IMG/VR virus record: IMGVR_UViG_3300044695_001206
Span: 3,411 to 67,410 of that record
Strand: one strand, 5' to 3'
DNA length: 64,000 nt
Source of the DNA: a virus
The translations under genes were made by a program, and so were the position numbers. The notes under the pieces are model-generated. The model was given only the letters and a program-made list of their open reading frames with translations, ran no database searches and was not told where the DNA came from. Position 1 is the first letter of the stretch. Each line of letters begins with the position of its first letter. Shown here piece after piece: positions 26,663 to 37,400 of the stretch.

Positions 26663-27515
26663 CTAGACAATGATATCCAAAGTCAATACACACAGGATTG
26701 CCTTGCCACAAACCAACATTACCTTCATGGAGGTCGCTCCCCATATAAGATTTCTTTGGATACTTTGAACCAATAGGAAAGAAGTCGTGTTGCAAACCAC
26801 TAGCATCAAGCGAACAAAGTTCATACTTTAGATCGCCAATATCCAGTGGCTCATAACCCTTATCGTGACACCAATCAAAGAAACTAATATCATCTGGATG
26901 CATGATACCAATATCATCACCAATATCAGCTAGAACACGCCTTTGTGTGGTAAGAGAAAGCCAATCAGTATCATCCAACATTTGTGAGATCTCATCAAAG
27001 CGATCCCACTTTTCTCGACACTCATCAAGGTATACTTCAAATTCAGCAAGAACTTCTGGATTCTCACTAATCATACCAAGTTCAGCACGACAAGAAAGAT
27101 ATCCCCAAAAGATATTAACCTTGTTGTTGGTTTTATTCCATACCTTTACACAACAAAGACCATGTACAGGTGGTGCAAGACCATGTTCAGCAGCCAACTT
27201 CTGACGCTGATACATAGCAAGAGAAGCAGCCTTTGCATTTCCTGTTCCTAGATTTTGAGCAGTAAGTTTAATACCAAAATGATTGGCATTATTTACATGT
27301 GCATTATTACTTATCCAACAACATTGAGTACCACCACCATTAGTATGGTATTCTTCGGTTGTCATCCAATAGAAACTAACCCACTCATTTAACTCTTTGT
27401 CAAAGATATAAGCAGTAGGCTTATACTTTTGCTCTTCAAAAGAAGGAGCAGTATTCTTTATAGGTTTAACAACACCTACAATATTACCTACATCATTTCG
27501 TGTGATAGTTGTCAT
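26634..27515 (-). CDS. Protein kinase-like early protein (analogue of T7 gp0.7)
   Basis: GIKL Lys, GLAPPVHG, catalytic loop DLHEGNV, Mg-binding IDFG. Confidence 0.8.
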   Translation of the reverse strand: MTTITRNDVGNIVGVVKPIKNTAPSFEEQKYKPTAYIFDKELNEWVSFYWMTTEEYHTNGGGTQCCWISNNAHVNNANHFGIKLTAQNLGTGNAKAASLAMYQRQKLAAEHGLAPPVHGLCCVKVWNKTNNKVNIFWGYLSCRAELGMISENPEVLAEFEVYLDECREKWDRFDEISQMLDDTDWLSLTTQRRVLADIGDDIGIMHPDDISFFDWCHDKGYEPLDIGDLKYELCSLDASGLQHDFFPIGSKYPKKSYMGSDLHEGNVGLWQGNPVCIDFGYHCLDERNRWNAV

Positions 27516-27523
27516 TAGATTTC

Positions 27524-27691
27524 TTAGTCACCATCGTCATCATCAAAAGGAAAATCATCATAGCCACCATCATAAGGACCATAGGAATCCTCGTGACGGG
27601 AAGAGTTTAGTTCCTCCAAATAAGCAAGACTCAGATGACGCTCCTCATAAATAGCATCAACATTAGGATAGTAATTATCAGGAATAGGCAT
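27524..27691 (-). CDS. Small acidic protein (55 aa, MPIPDNYYPN...)
   Basis: Hand-translated; TAATG coupling and SD AAGGA. Confidence 0.5.
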   Translation of the reverse strand: MPIPDNYYPNVDAIYEERHLSLAYLEELNSSRHEDSYGPYDGGYDDFPFDDDDGD

Positions 27692-27900
27692 TATAGATAT
27701 TCCTTTGGAACAGAAACATTATAAAGTGCCATCTCAACTACAGGCTTGAAATCTCGGGCATCTCCACCCATTTTTACAACTCGCTCATAATCATCAAGGG
27801 GAACGACACAGATAGTACAGCCATGAATGTCCGTATAAGTCTCACCATCATTCAGAACAACAATGGTAACCATGTTATTGCAAATATCATCACTTGCCAT
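27691..27900 (-). CDS. Hypothetical early protein, paralog A (VTIVVLNDGETYTDI.GC)
   Basis: Clear paralogy to 28280..28447; SD AAGGA before MASDD. Confidence 0.7.
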   Translation of the reverse strand: MASDDICNNMVTIVVLNDGETYTDIHGCTICVVPLDDYERVVKMGGDARDFKPVVEMALYNVSVPKEYL

Positions 27901-28117
27901 TGTAATATTCCTTTTCATCAGCCCCAAGAATAATACCAACAATAGTAACATCTTTGTAGAAGATGCGGATAGAATCCACTGCTTCCTCCTCAGTACCAGC
28001 ATAAACCTTGTGAACTATTACCGCAGCATCTCCGGTAATCACAGCAATATCATATGGTCCCATTAGACTGTAGCCTTCTTGAGTTGCTTCTTCAACTTCT
28101 TGCGAAGGATCTCGCAA
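27890..28117 (-). CDS. Hypothetical early protein
   Basis: 75 aa ORF; start uncertain. Confidence 0.45.
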   Translation of the reverse strand: MRDPSQEVEEATQEGYSLMGPYDIAVITGDAAVIVHKVYAGTEEEAVDSIRIFYKDVTIVGIILGADEKEYYNGK

Positions 28118-28279
28118 GTATTAGGATCATCAATGAGCTGCTTGATATAAGAGATAGCAACCTTTTGATGAAACGGAGTCAAGGCATTCTTATTATACTT
28201 AGCCATCAATAATCCTTTACGAGATAGTGAATAATAACACAAACAACAACAATATATGTTATGATAATTACTGCTGCAA

Positions 28280-28447
28280 TCATAAATTTACTTTTGTAAC
28301 AGGGGTAAAATCCTTGGCATCTCCACCTTCAGCAACAACCTTGTAAAACTGATCGGCAGGAATAACCTGAATAGAACATCCTGCAATGTCGGTGAATGTC
28401 TCACCGTCATTTAATACAACAATAGTAACAAAGCCATTGTCAGACAT
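28280..28447 (-). CDS. Hypothetical early protein, paralog B (55 aa, not in ORF track)
   Basis: MSDNGFVTIVVLNDGETFTDIAGCSIQVIPADQFYKVVAEGGDAKDFTPVTKVNL; SD AGGAG. Confidence 0.7.
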   Translation of the reverse strand: MSDNGFVTIVVLNDGETFTDIAGCSIQVIPADQFYKVVAEGGDAKDFTPVTKVNL

Positions 28448-28653
28448 TAGATTTTCTCCTGTGAAGAAGCTATATCAGACCACCTAATACCACAACACTC
28501 ACAATACTGGTCTGAATACCAAGGTTGTGACTTCAGAATATCAAAAGCATCCTTCTCGGTCTGTGCAGTAACAGTAAACTCCCAAGGACCAATGAAGTAT
28601 CCTCCACTATTATTCTGGAAGAATGTAAAGTTATACCAAGGCTCGTTGTTCAA
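28447..28653 (-). CDS. Conserved phage hypothetical (F.QNNSGGYF...CECCG.RW)
   Basis: Recognisable QNNSGG / CxCCGxRW motif pair. Confidence 0.7.
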   Translation of the reverse strand: MNNEPWYNFTFFQNNSGGYFIGPWEFTVTAQTEKDAFDILKSQPWYSDQYCECCGIRWSDIASSQEKI

Positions 28654-28816
28654 TGTGGGTATCCTGCCTTTCGTACAAGATAAAGAGCGACTTCCCTAGT
28701 CAAAGGGAGTCCAAAGCCACACATTACCAACACAAGCCACAAAGGATTTCCAAAGATGGTAGGGTAAACAACAGTTACAACACAGGTCATAATGATACCT
28801 AACAGACTAGCGATAA

Positions 28817-29037
28817 TCAATTGAAATCTCCATCAAAGATATGTTCTTCGGATGCCATGTAACCCAAAAATAATAGAGTGTCGAGGCTGTATTCCTCACA
28901 GAAAGGAATATCCTCAATAGGTTCGTCATTGTAGTCTGCTTCAACAAAGGCAGACTCTCTAACAAAGAAGACTGTAGAATCCTTATCAACTACAGTCTTA
29001 TTGCCATCCTTATCTACAATCACAAAGATGTTATGCA
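28817..29037 (-). CDS. Hypothetical early protein
   Basis: Acidic ORF; probable start MHNIFVIV. Confidence 0.5.
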
Positions 29038-29049
29038 TTGTTGTTTCTT

Positions 29050-29292
29050 TCAGAGAGAATAACAAGGTGTTCGTGGCATGAGTAGACCACGGTAATAAGC
29101 CCTAAGCCAGACCGATATTGTGCGTTGAGTGTCTTTGCACAAGTCAAACCGAAATCCGTCAGGACAAACGGCTTGAACTAACCACTTATCGCTGGTACGG
29201 CGAATGACAATACGCCGCTTATCACCCAGTTCGCAGATACGCTCGTTGATTCCCTCAACGAGGTCTTTCATATCTTCTATTGTTGCTTTCAT
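29050..29292 (-). CDS. Hypothetical early protein
   Basis: SD AAAAGGA; 80 aa. Confidence 0.65.
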   Translation of the reverse strand: MKATIEDMKDLVEGINERICELGDKRRIVIRRTSDKWLVQAVCPDGFRFDLCKDTQRTISVWLRAYYRGLLMPRTPCYSL

Positions 29293-29590
29293 TAGTTCCT
29301 TTTACTTGAGCAAAGACCGGGATTGAGAAAGAAACAGGAAAGATATCCACAAGATATTTCACCTATGGATACCCGATCTATCCTTTTATTAGTTTGACGA
29401 TTGACAAGTATAAGGATGGACTACTTGCCTCACCGTTAGCATTGCCCTATGAAACGGTACACATTAAAGGGTGTTTCACTTCCTTTAACTGACTTCAGGG
29501 TTGCTAAAGTTCCCCCATGTATATCCGTCGATATACACGGGACGCACTATGCTTATTACTCTATTTATACTCGCATAGTCGAGTAATCTA

Positions 29591-29695
29591 TTACTTGTTG
29601 ATTTCCTTGTCGTTATAATCCTTGTAAACAAGGAGGAGATACACTCCGTAGATTCCAAGGATGGAGACCAACAGAACAAGAGCATTGCTAACCAT
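29591..29695 (-). CDS. Small single-pass membrane protein MVSNALVLLVSILGIYGVYLLLVYKDYNDKEINK
   Basis: Hand-translated; one hydrophobic helix followed by a charged tail. Confidence 0.45.
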   Translation of the reverse strand: MVSNALVLLVSILGIYGVYLLLVYKDYNDKEINK

Positions 29696-29834
29696 TCTTC
29701 AGAACCTTTCCTAGCATATTGCTAGACAAGAAAGAAACCAGACAGAAAAACATATTATAAGTTTCCTCATAATATGTCTAGAAACTTCTTTGGTTCCTAG
29801 GGGTTAGGATATCGGACACGGGATAGGCGAGGGA

Positions 29835-30101
29835 TTAGGCTCGCCCAAGGTTACCACGGAACATCCGATCATATCGGGGTTCCATGTTCTCCGGCATCTC
29901 CCACTTGGATTCAAAGGTATCCGAACGGATACCAGTAGACCAAGTGGACGGCTTTCGTTGCGGGATTGGTTGACCGTCATTGGTGTACCAATGCCACCAT
30001 TCAACCTTGACACCTTGCCTAGCCGAAAGAACGGCTAGGCGTTCCATCGATCGCCCGGTAGAGCGGGCAATACTTGCCAACTTGGACGCAAGTTCCTTCA
30101 T
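29835..30101 (-). CDS. Early hypothetical protein
   Basis: SD ACAGGAG; GC-rich codons. Confidence 0.65.
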   Translation of the reverse strand: MKELASKLASIARSTGRSMERLAVLSARQGVKVEWWHWYTNDGQPIPQRKPSTWSTGIRSDTFESKWEMPENMEPRYDRMFRGNLGRA

Positions 30102-30185
30102 GTGAAACTCCTGTTAGGATTAGTGTAGATCAGACATGAGAAGGGATATCCTCCATAGGATACCCCTGCACCGACAATATGTCGG

Positions 30186-30527
30186 TTAGACCTTCGCCTT
30201 GGCTGCGAACACACGGGCCAAGTGCGCTTCGATTCCCGCTTCGTCCAAGTCCGCGAGGGACACCTTGGTAACGGTGTAGGACTTGGCCGGGAGGTAGGCA
30301 ATGCGGATAAACTCCCATGCAATAGCCTTGTCATCCTTGTTCATGCGGGGAATCATGTTGAGAACCGTGTAGACCACCGACCGAGTGGTACGGCGGTCGA
30401 GGTTCTCATTCTCACACTCACGGACGAGTTCCGCGAAGTCCGAGACTTCCCATTCATTTCCCAAGGCAATCTTCTCACGAATAGCCTTGGCGACAGTAAT
30501 TGCGAGGCGCTGAATGTAGTTGGTCAT
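30186..30527 (-). CDS. First early hypothetical protein (113 aa, start MTNYIQ)
   Basis: SD AAAGGGA; strongly GC3-biased codons. Confidence 0.7.
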   Translation of the reverse strand: MTNYIQRLAITVAKAIREKIALGNEWEVSDFAELVRECENENLDRRTTRSVVYTVLNMIPRMNKDDKAIAWEFIRIAYLPAKSYTVTKVSLADLDEAGIEAHLARVFAAKAKV

Positions 30528-30599
30528 GGAATCCCTTTGGAAAGAAGGCAGGGGGCAATCCTGTGCCACTTTAGCACAGGGATACCCCTTCCCATGTCC

Positions 30600-31400
30600 G
30601 ATACACTAACCCCTAGGGGTAACTATCCGGCAGAGCCGACCTCATAGTCCATCCTAGCGGATTCTGCATTAGGGTTCCCTTGCTACATAACTCCGTAGTT
30701 ATGTCCTGGGGGAAATGCCTAGGCATTCACCATTCGGATTCTGTCTGTGATACACCGACAGAACGGTTAGGATTCACAGGAAGAGTCCCGTGCGCGGATT
30801 CTCCGCGAGAGAACGGTCGTGAACTAACCCGCATATGGCGGGCGCACCGTCCGAAGTAAAGGGATGGCGCACGGGAAACGGCAAGCCCAGCGCGAAAGAG
30901 TCCGATAACCGCAGGGGATCGCCCAAAGTTATCGACCCCATGCCCCGCAGGTTACCGGACACGCCCCCATGCGTCCCATAAGTCAGGCCGGGGGGTACCG
31001 GGGGGTAGGGCAGGGGGGACTAGGGGGGACTACCCTTCGCTAATTTTTGACCCCCTAAGTCGATTTCTCATGGGAGCTAAGGGGGCTAGGATGCCCTAGG
31101 ATTGATTGTTTGATTGGGGTCCACCCTGCGGTCCCCTTGGGGTCCGGGGCCAGCCCTCCGGTCAATCTGAGGGGAAATCGACAAGGGATAAAACCGGGGG
31201 GTTAAACCCCGGAGTGCTTGTTACTATAGTTTATTATTATTGTTGTAATTAACTAGGGATATACCTAAGTTACCATATGGGTCTTAGCTAAGACTATACA
31301 TAACAATAATTAAATCTATAGGGGTTAACCCATAGACCAGCTAAGGGATAACCTAAGGATATACTATGGTATATCTTCATTAGCCCCAACTATTCGGAAT
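30600..31400. other. Non-coding probable genome-end / packaging region with palindromes and G-tracts
   Basis: No credible ORF; lies between the last late gene and the first early gene; many CCTAGG-centred palindromes and a G-run cluster at ~30987-31030. Confidence 0.6.
31377..31397 (-). promoter_or_regulatory. Putative phage RNAP promoter CCGAATAGTTGGGGCTAATGA (phiOR-like position)
   Basis: Motif copy downstream of the final terminator, pointing into the end region. Confidence 0.75.
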
Positions 31401-31409
31401 ACATGTCGA

Positions 31410-31449
31410 TAAAACAAATGGGGCTACCTAGGTTTCCCTAGATAGCCCC
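31410..31449 (-). terminator. Intrinsic terminator after the giant internal virion protein
   Basis: GGGGCTATCTAGG-GAAA-CCTAGGTAGCCCC followed by ATTTGTTTT. Confidence 0.8.
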
Positions 31450-31455
31450 TATAGA

Positions 31456-34400
31456 TTATTCTAACAATTCGCCTAATCTTTCTGATACACCCTTCTGGTC
31501 TTCTACCATTGGGAATGTATTATTGGATTCAGGTCTTGGCATGGTCTGCCTCATGCTCATTTCTCTTTGCATGGCCTCATTAGCTTGCTGCTGCTCCAAG
31601 GCATAGTTCCTTGGGGTAGTAGTGTAGTCTAGCTGAATGGGCTTAAATTGACTCTGGGATCTCTTAGAGTAGGGGTATGGATCTCTTTGGACCATATCCA
31701 GATACCGTTGAATGGCATCCATTTCCTTGAAAGTATTCATATCCTCTAGCATCCTTACGGGGATAGCTACAGGGCTACGGTTAACCAACGAGGTAACTCC
31801 GAATAGATCACTGGTAGCCTTTAGGGATCTAGCTGAGATTGGATCTTGGATCACCTTTTGGATGTTCCTATAATCTGTCTCAATAGCTCCCATACCAGCT
31901 CCAGCTCCAGCTGGCATCAGGGGTACGCCATAGTACTTGTAAGTACCTCCGGTCATTCCTGCTACCGTGCTAACTCCAGCTTCAATCAATCCATTGGCAA
32001 TGCCTAGGAATGGTACACGGGACACTCCACGGAGTACATACTGACCGGGCTGGTCTTCCAGCTCCTGCAGCATGTCCTCAGTTTCACGACCAGCAAGCCA
32101 TTCCTTGAACAGACCAATCATGGTATCCAGAGCAGCATACAAGAAGATACCGCTAGCGATATACTTGATGGTGCTACGGCTACCGTAGTCTAGAACAACA
32201 TTGTCTTGGTAAGACCGTACCCAAGAGGTAAGGGCATACCACATGCGGCCTAGAGGACTACGAGCATCTAAAGCAGTGAGCTTATTTAAACCCTTAAGTT
32301 CTGAGGTAGAGGTCTTGATAATCAGGTCTTCAACCATCTGGGCATAAGCCGAAATAGCTGATTCAAGAATATCAGGATTAATTCCATCTACAGGATTATC
32401 CCTCAGATCTTCATGGATGTCCATAAGGTTTAGAATATTAGTTCTACCATCCTTATGTCCAGCCTTTTCCATTACCCACTTTAGGTGTCGAATCTGTTCT
32501 TTAGTAGTCAAGCCATACTTCAGGAATAGGGCAGCTTCGTTGGGATCTCCGAACTTTGCTTGGTGTCTTGCAACACTAGCAAACTTCTTCCAGAGCTTAG
32601 CCTCTGCACGGCTATCAGTGGCAGCGGCCTTCTTAAGCTCAGCCAACTCAGTAGCCGTAGCGGTTTCCTCTAAAGCATCAAACAATGCTTCTACCTTACC
32701 CTTGCTAACATACTTCCAGATCATTCTCTGGATACGCTGCTTAGCCAAGGCACGGGTTCCGTTAGTTACTGCCTGAAGAGAACCAATGCTTTGCATCCAC
32801 TTACCCGCTTCTTCAAATGTTCTGGTGGCTTTCTCCAATCCACCCTGACCATCTTTAATGTTGGATATAGTGCTAGCAACCTTGGTGTCTAGTCTTGAAT
32901 CACTCTTGAATGCTCCATATCCAATCTCGCCCATAAAGCGATTAGCTAGATCGGTTCTAAAGTTTTCAAGAACAAAGGACATATCTCCAATATCAGACTC
33001 CAGTAGTCTACGCTTTGAGAAGCGGTAGTCAGCCAAGACATATCGCAATGCCTTGATGATATTTATTGGAATCATATAGAACTCTGGACTCTGCTTTGCC
33101 AGCTCTGCCATAGTTTCGGTCATAGCCGAGATACCATAACCAGCTGAGAACTTGAAGCGGATTGCTGCCAATCCGATTCTAGCTGAGTGTCCTGTTTCTG
33201 CATTGAGATATGGCAGTGTGTCAGCATTAAACTGATATTCTTCACGGAGTCTCTTAAGACCCTCAGCCAAACCCTTTTGGGCATTGCTGAGTTCCTGTGG
33301 AGTCCAATTCATAGCTGCTGCCATAGTATCAAAGTTTTCATATCCGGTCTTTTCCACATAGTCAAAGACATCAAGGATTGTGATTCCAGTCTGTCCAAAC
33401 ATGCGGTCTAGTTCCTTCTGGAAGGCTAACTCAAAGTAGCGTCCCTTGAGGAAGTAGAAGTAAGACTCGGCCATATTAGTTCTGAGTATTGCCTTTGTCT
33501 CAGGACTGCTTAACATTTCTTCTGGGGTTAGACCCTTGATTGGAAGAATTGTTTTTCCGTCTGGGTCGATCTTGAAGAAGGGCTGCTTAGTAATAGAGTT
33601 GAAGTCATCTGGGTTGTTGTAAGGATATTGCTTAGTCTTAAACTTCAGCATTTCCTTCATTTCAACTTCAATGAGATTCTTTCCATTAAGCTTGGTTCTC
33701 CACCGATCAATGTACATGGCTGTGTTGCCATTGACTGCTTCGATGTACTTGGCTTTGTCGGCAGGAGCAAGATCAGTAATCTTCTCTGGTACACGGTATA
33801 CAGTATACTTAGTGTCTGTTTCCAGAACAAAGAACTTCTCTTGCTGGTTCTTTCTGAGCAACCGAACAATATCTGCCTTGTTGCCAGTGATGCCTTCCTT
33901 AGCCATGTCAGCCACAAACAACTTCTGGAGTGTTTCATTGCTGAACATGTTAGCCATCTCTGCATGCTTGAACACACGATCAGGAGTAAAGATACTTAAT
34001 GTCTTTGCATCCTCATTATAAGCAACATCCAACCAACCCATAGCAATCATTGTATTGATGTCTAGAATTGGATCTTTGAGCTTACGGTTTGTTCTAGCCT
34101 GTACCATAGCTGCAAGGAGTTTACTTCTTGCACCTTGGTCTAGTCGTGACAAACCTTCGTGGTCCAACTGAACGGGAGCATAGGTATCTGAAGATACGGG
34201 ATTACCGTTTTCGTCTACAATGCTCATACGACCTGTCTGACTTTCTAAATCAAGAATGTTTCTATTTGCAATACGAGAAGCCTTGAGTACCATAGAAGCT
34301 TGCTTGACTACTTCTTCTGCCTTATAAGCAGGAATACCAAGAGCTACTAGGTCTGCCTTATTAGGCTGTCGATTCATAAATAGACATTCATAAACATACA

Positions 34401-37400
34401 TATCAAGAGCAGCCTTGGTTGCATTGGTCATGCGTGGAACAATATTATGCATTCTAGCATACTCGCGGAAGATACGAGTCATCAATCGACCTTCTTCTGC
34501 ACGGAGCTGCATTGCAGTCTTGAATGCTGTCTTTCCTGCTCCAACCAAGTGACCTGTTTGGGTCTTGGTGTCATCAAAGAATCTAGATACAAAGGCTAAA
34601 GCATCTACAGTACTACGAAGGGTATTACCCAAACCAGTAGCACTTTGTGAGGCATTAACTCCCTTGTTCATTAGATTCTCCCACCAACTTCTACTCTCTC
34701 GCTGGTTTCCTCCGAATACCCAACCAACCAAGTTATTGAGGCGCATTAGCCGAGAAGCACCAGCTTCTGTTTGGTCAATAGCCTTACCAATAACTTTTTC
34801 TTTTGGAGTGGGTGGCTCAGCTTCAACAACAACTGGTTTGTCTTCGGCTGGAGCATCGGCAACATCTCGGAGTACAGCATCTGGCTTTGGTGGTCCAGCA
34901 ATAACTGGATCTTCGCCAGCAGTATCAATAATAACTTTAGTCTTCTTACTACGGGCAGACATACGATAGTTGCCAGCTTCGTCTGTCTTGATGAACTTAA
35001 CTTCATCAGGTAGCATTGGAATTACAAAGTCTGGCTTACCTTCGACAGCTACTTCCTTCGCTGCCTGTTCCAGAATCTGACGATAAGACTTTAGTTTCTT
35101 AGCACTACCCGGACCCTCTGTTACTTTAAGTCTAAGTTCGTCTGCCTTGATTCGATCTACAGCAGCCCAGAACTTATCCATAATATCGTCACCAAGAATT
35201 CTCTTGTTGGCATCGGCAATGAATTGATTTACATTGACAAAGTGTGACCACATCTTTTTAAACATTGGTGTCATGGTTTCGCCACCATCCGCTTCGATCT
35301 TAGATTCCCAATACTTCTTTAGGAAGTTCTTTAAGAATCCAACATCCATTCCAGACTGTCTTAACAACTTAGGATCTTCGTTGACCTTGCGCTCAACGCG
35401 ATCAGCTTCAGGTGTCTTGACTACTTCACTCTCTGTCTTTTCAACAGGAACTTCTTTCTTTGGAGGAAGTGGAATTCGTGGTGTGCTTGGCTCCATTGTC
35501 TTGCTCTCAGCTTTTGGCTGAGGCTTTTTCTTTGGAACTTTTTTCTTTTCAACTTTAACAGGGAAGTCCTGCTTCTTTGGTTGAGGCTTACGCTCTTTAG
35601 AGATAACACTAAGAACAGGTTTCTTATTATCTGTTGTTATTACAACAGTTGGTTCAGCATCTGGTTCTTTCTTAATGACAGTCTCACCAATAGGTTTGAC
35701 ATCTTCAATCTTTACAGGAATTATAGAACCATCTTTAAATACCAATGCATCCATGCCAAGACGATCAGCAGACTTCATTATTTTAGCAAGCTTTTCAGGT
35801 TGCTTAGATAACTCAGTACTACTTTCAACTTCCATCTTTAATGGACGCTTAGGAGTAAACTGAACAGCTTCTTTACTTGCTGTAGAAGAACCCTGTATAA
35901 TTGCGTCTGCTTGCTCAGCAGGGCGCAGTACGGGATCTGGTGCATTACCAGTGACTTCATCAGTTACTCTGTAAACCACAGCCTCAGTATCCTTTGGAAC
36001 TGGAACTGGCACTGGAGCTGGATTTTTATTCTTCAGCTTCTCAGCAATAGCTGCTGTCTGTGCCATCAATGCACCAGCATCAACAGGACTTTTCTCAGTC
36101 TTTGGTTTCTTTTTAGTAACCTTTTTAAGAACATCAGCTGGCTCACTTGGCTTAGCTTTATTTACTTTAGCTTCTACAGTATCAAAGTGTTTATTAAGAG
36201 CAGTAATAATTTCATCTTTACTGCTATTCATTTTAACAGCAGTCTGTTCAAAGATATCTGTAATCTTTGCTAACAATTTAGTACGATAGTTTCCAGCTGT
36301 TCTTGTGGATACCTTTAACTGTGCTGCTGCTTCTTCCATACTATTAGAAGTCATAAAAGTACCAATCAACTTAATCTCTTGTTCAGTCAGTATTCTACCG
36401 TTTGTAGCGGTATTATACTCAATAATGTCAGAGAAAATAGTTGCTCTGGTTTCTTTATCAGTTGTCGTAATCCGATCAGCAGCAGTAATTCTTGGTGGTT
36501 TATCACCTTCTTTTAATGTGCCTTGTTCAGTATATAAACTTTCTGTTTTTCTTTTTCCTGTCTTCTTTGGCTTCTTTAAGTTAGCCGCTGTAGTATGAAT
36601 ATAGCCGATTAAATTTCTGGCAGTCTTTAAACTACCATCTTCAATTTTAGATAAGACTAATTCTAGATTACCAGCAAAAGCATTTTCCCCTACTTCTTCT
36701 TTATCAGGCCGTGGCACAATCATGCTAGTAGCTGCTTCAACAAAGAAGTTATCTGAGGTTTCTCCTCTAGAAGCTTTTTTAATAATCTGAGATACAATAT
36801 CAACAAGATTATCTTTAGTTAAAACTGTTGTCTCAAAAGTAACAGCTTCTTTTTGAGCTTCAGCTATAGCTCCCTTTTTACTCTTGGTTAGTTTAATACC
36901 CCAAGTTTGTGTGTCTTCATTTAGAACAAGACCATCTTCTTCCAGTAGTTTACTTACTGCCCCAACTAATTTCTTAGGAGTCTTGTAACTCTTAACTAAA
37001 TAAGAATACATTGAGCTTGAAAGATTGCTCTTTAGTAATACTTGGATCTGCTCTAATGTTAACTTTTCTTTTAACATTAAACCAAGAGAAGTATTAGCAA
37101 CATCCTTATTAGGCCACTGTGGGGCTGGTTTATCAGCGTCAGTAATACTAACTGAGAATACACCTTCTTCTTTCATGTTATCAATAAAAGACTTGTGGTG
37201 TGCTTCGACAACCATATCTGATAGCTCAGGTAGTCCCACATTATCAAGATAGATTCGGAGTTTATCAATAAGAGATGTATTTAGTGCAGTGTCTTGTCTA
37301 AGCACTCCAATTAAAGCATCTGCTTCGATATCAGAAAGAGAACTTGGTGTTAAACCTTTACCGCTAGATCGGGTAGAAGCCAAAGCCTCTATAAGAACAT

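Noticed and set aside
29750-29785. Sigma70 promoter (TAGACA...TATAAT) on the minus strand
   Set aside because: The spacer is only 15 nt and the site lies within a hairpin; too weak to call.
29300-31400. CRISPR array or regular tandem repeat in the non-coding region
   Set aside because: Only dispersed palindromes and three imperfect arm copies; no constant repeat-spacer periodicity.
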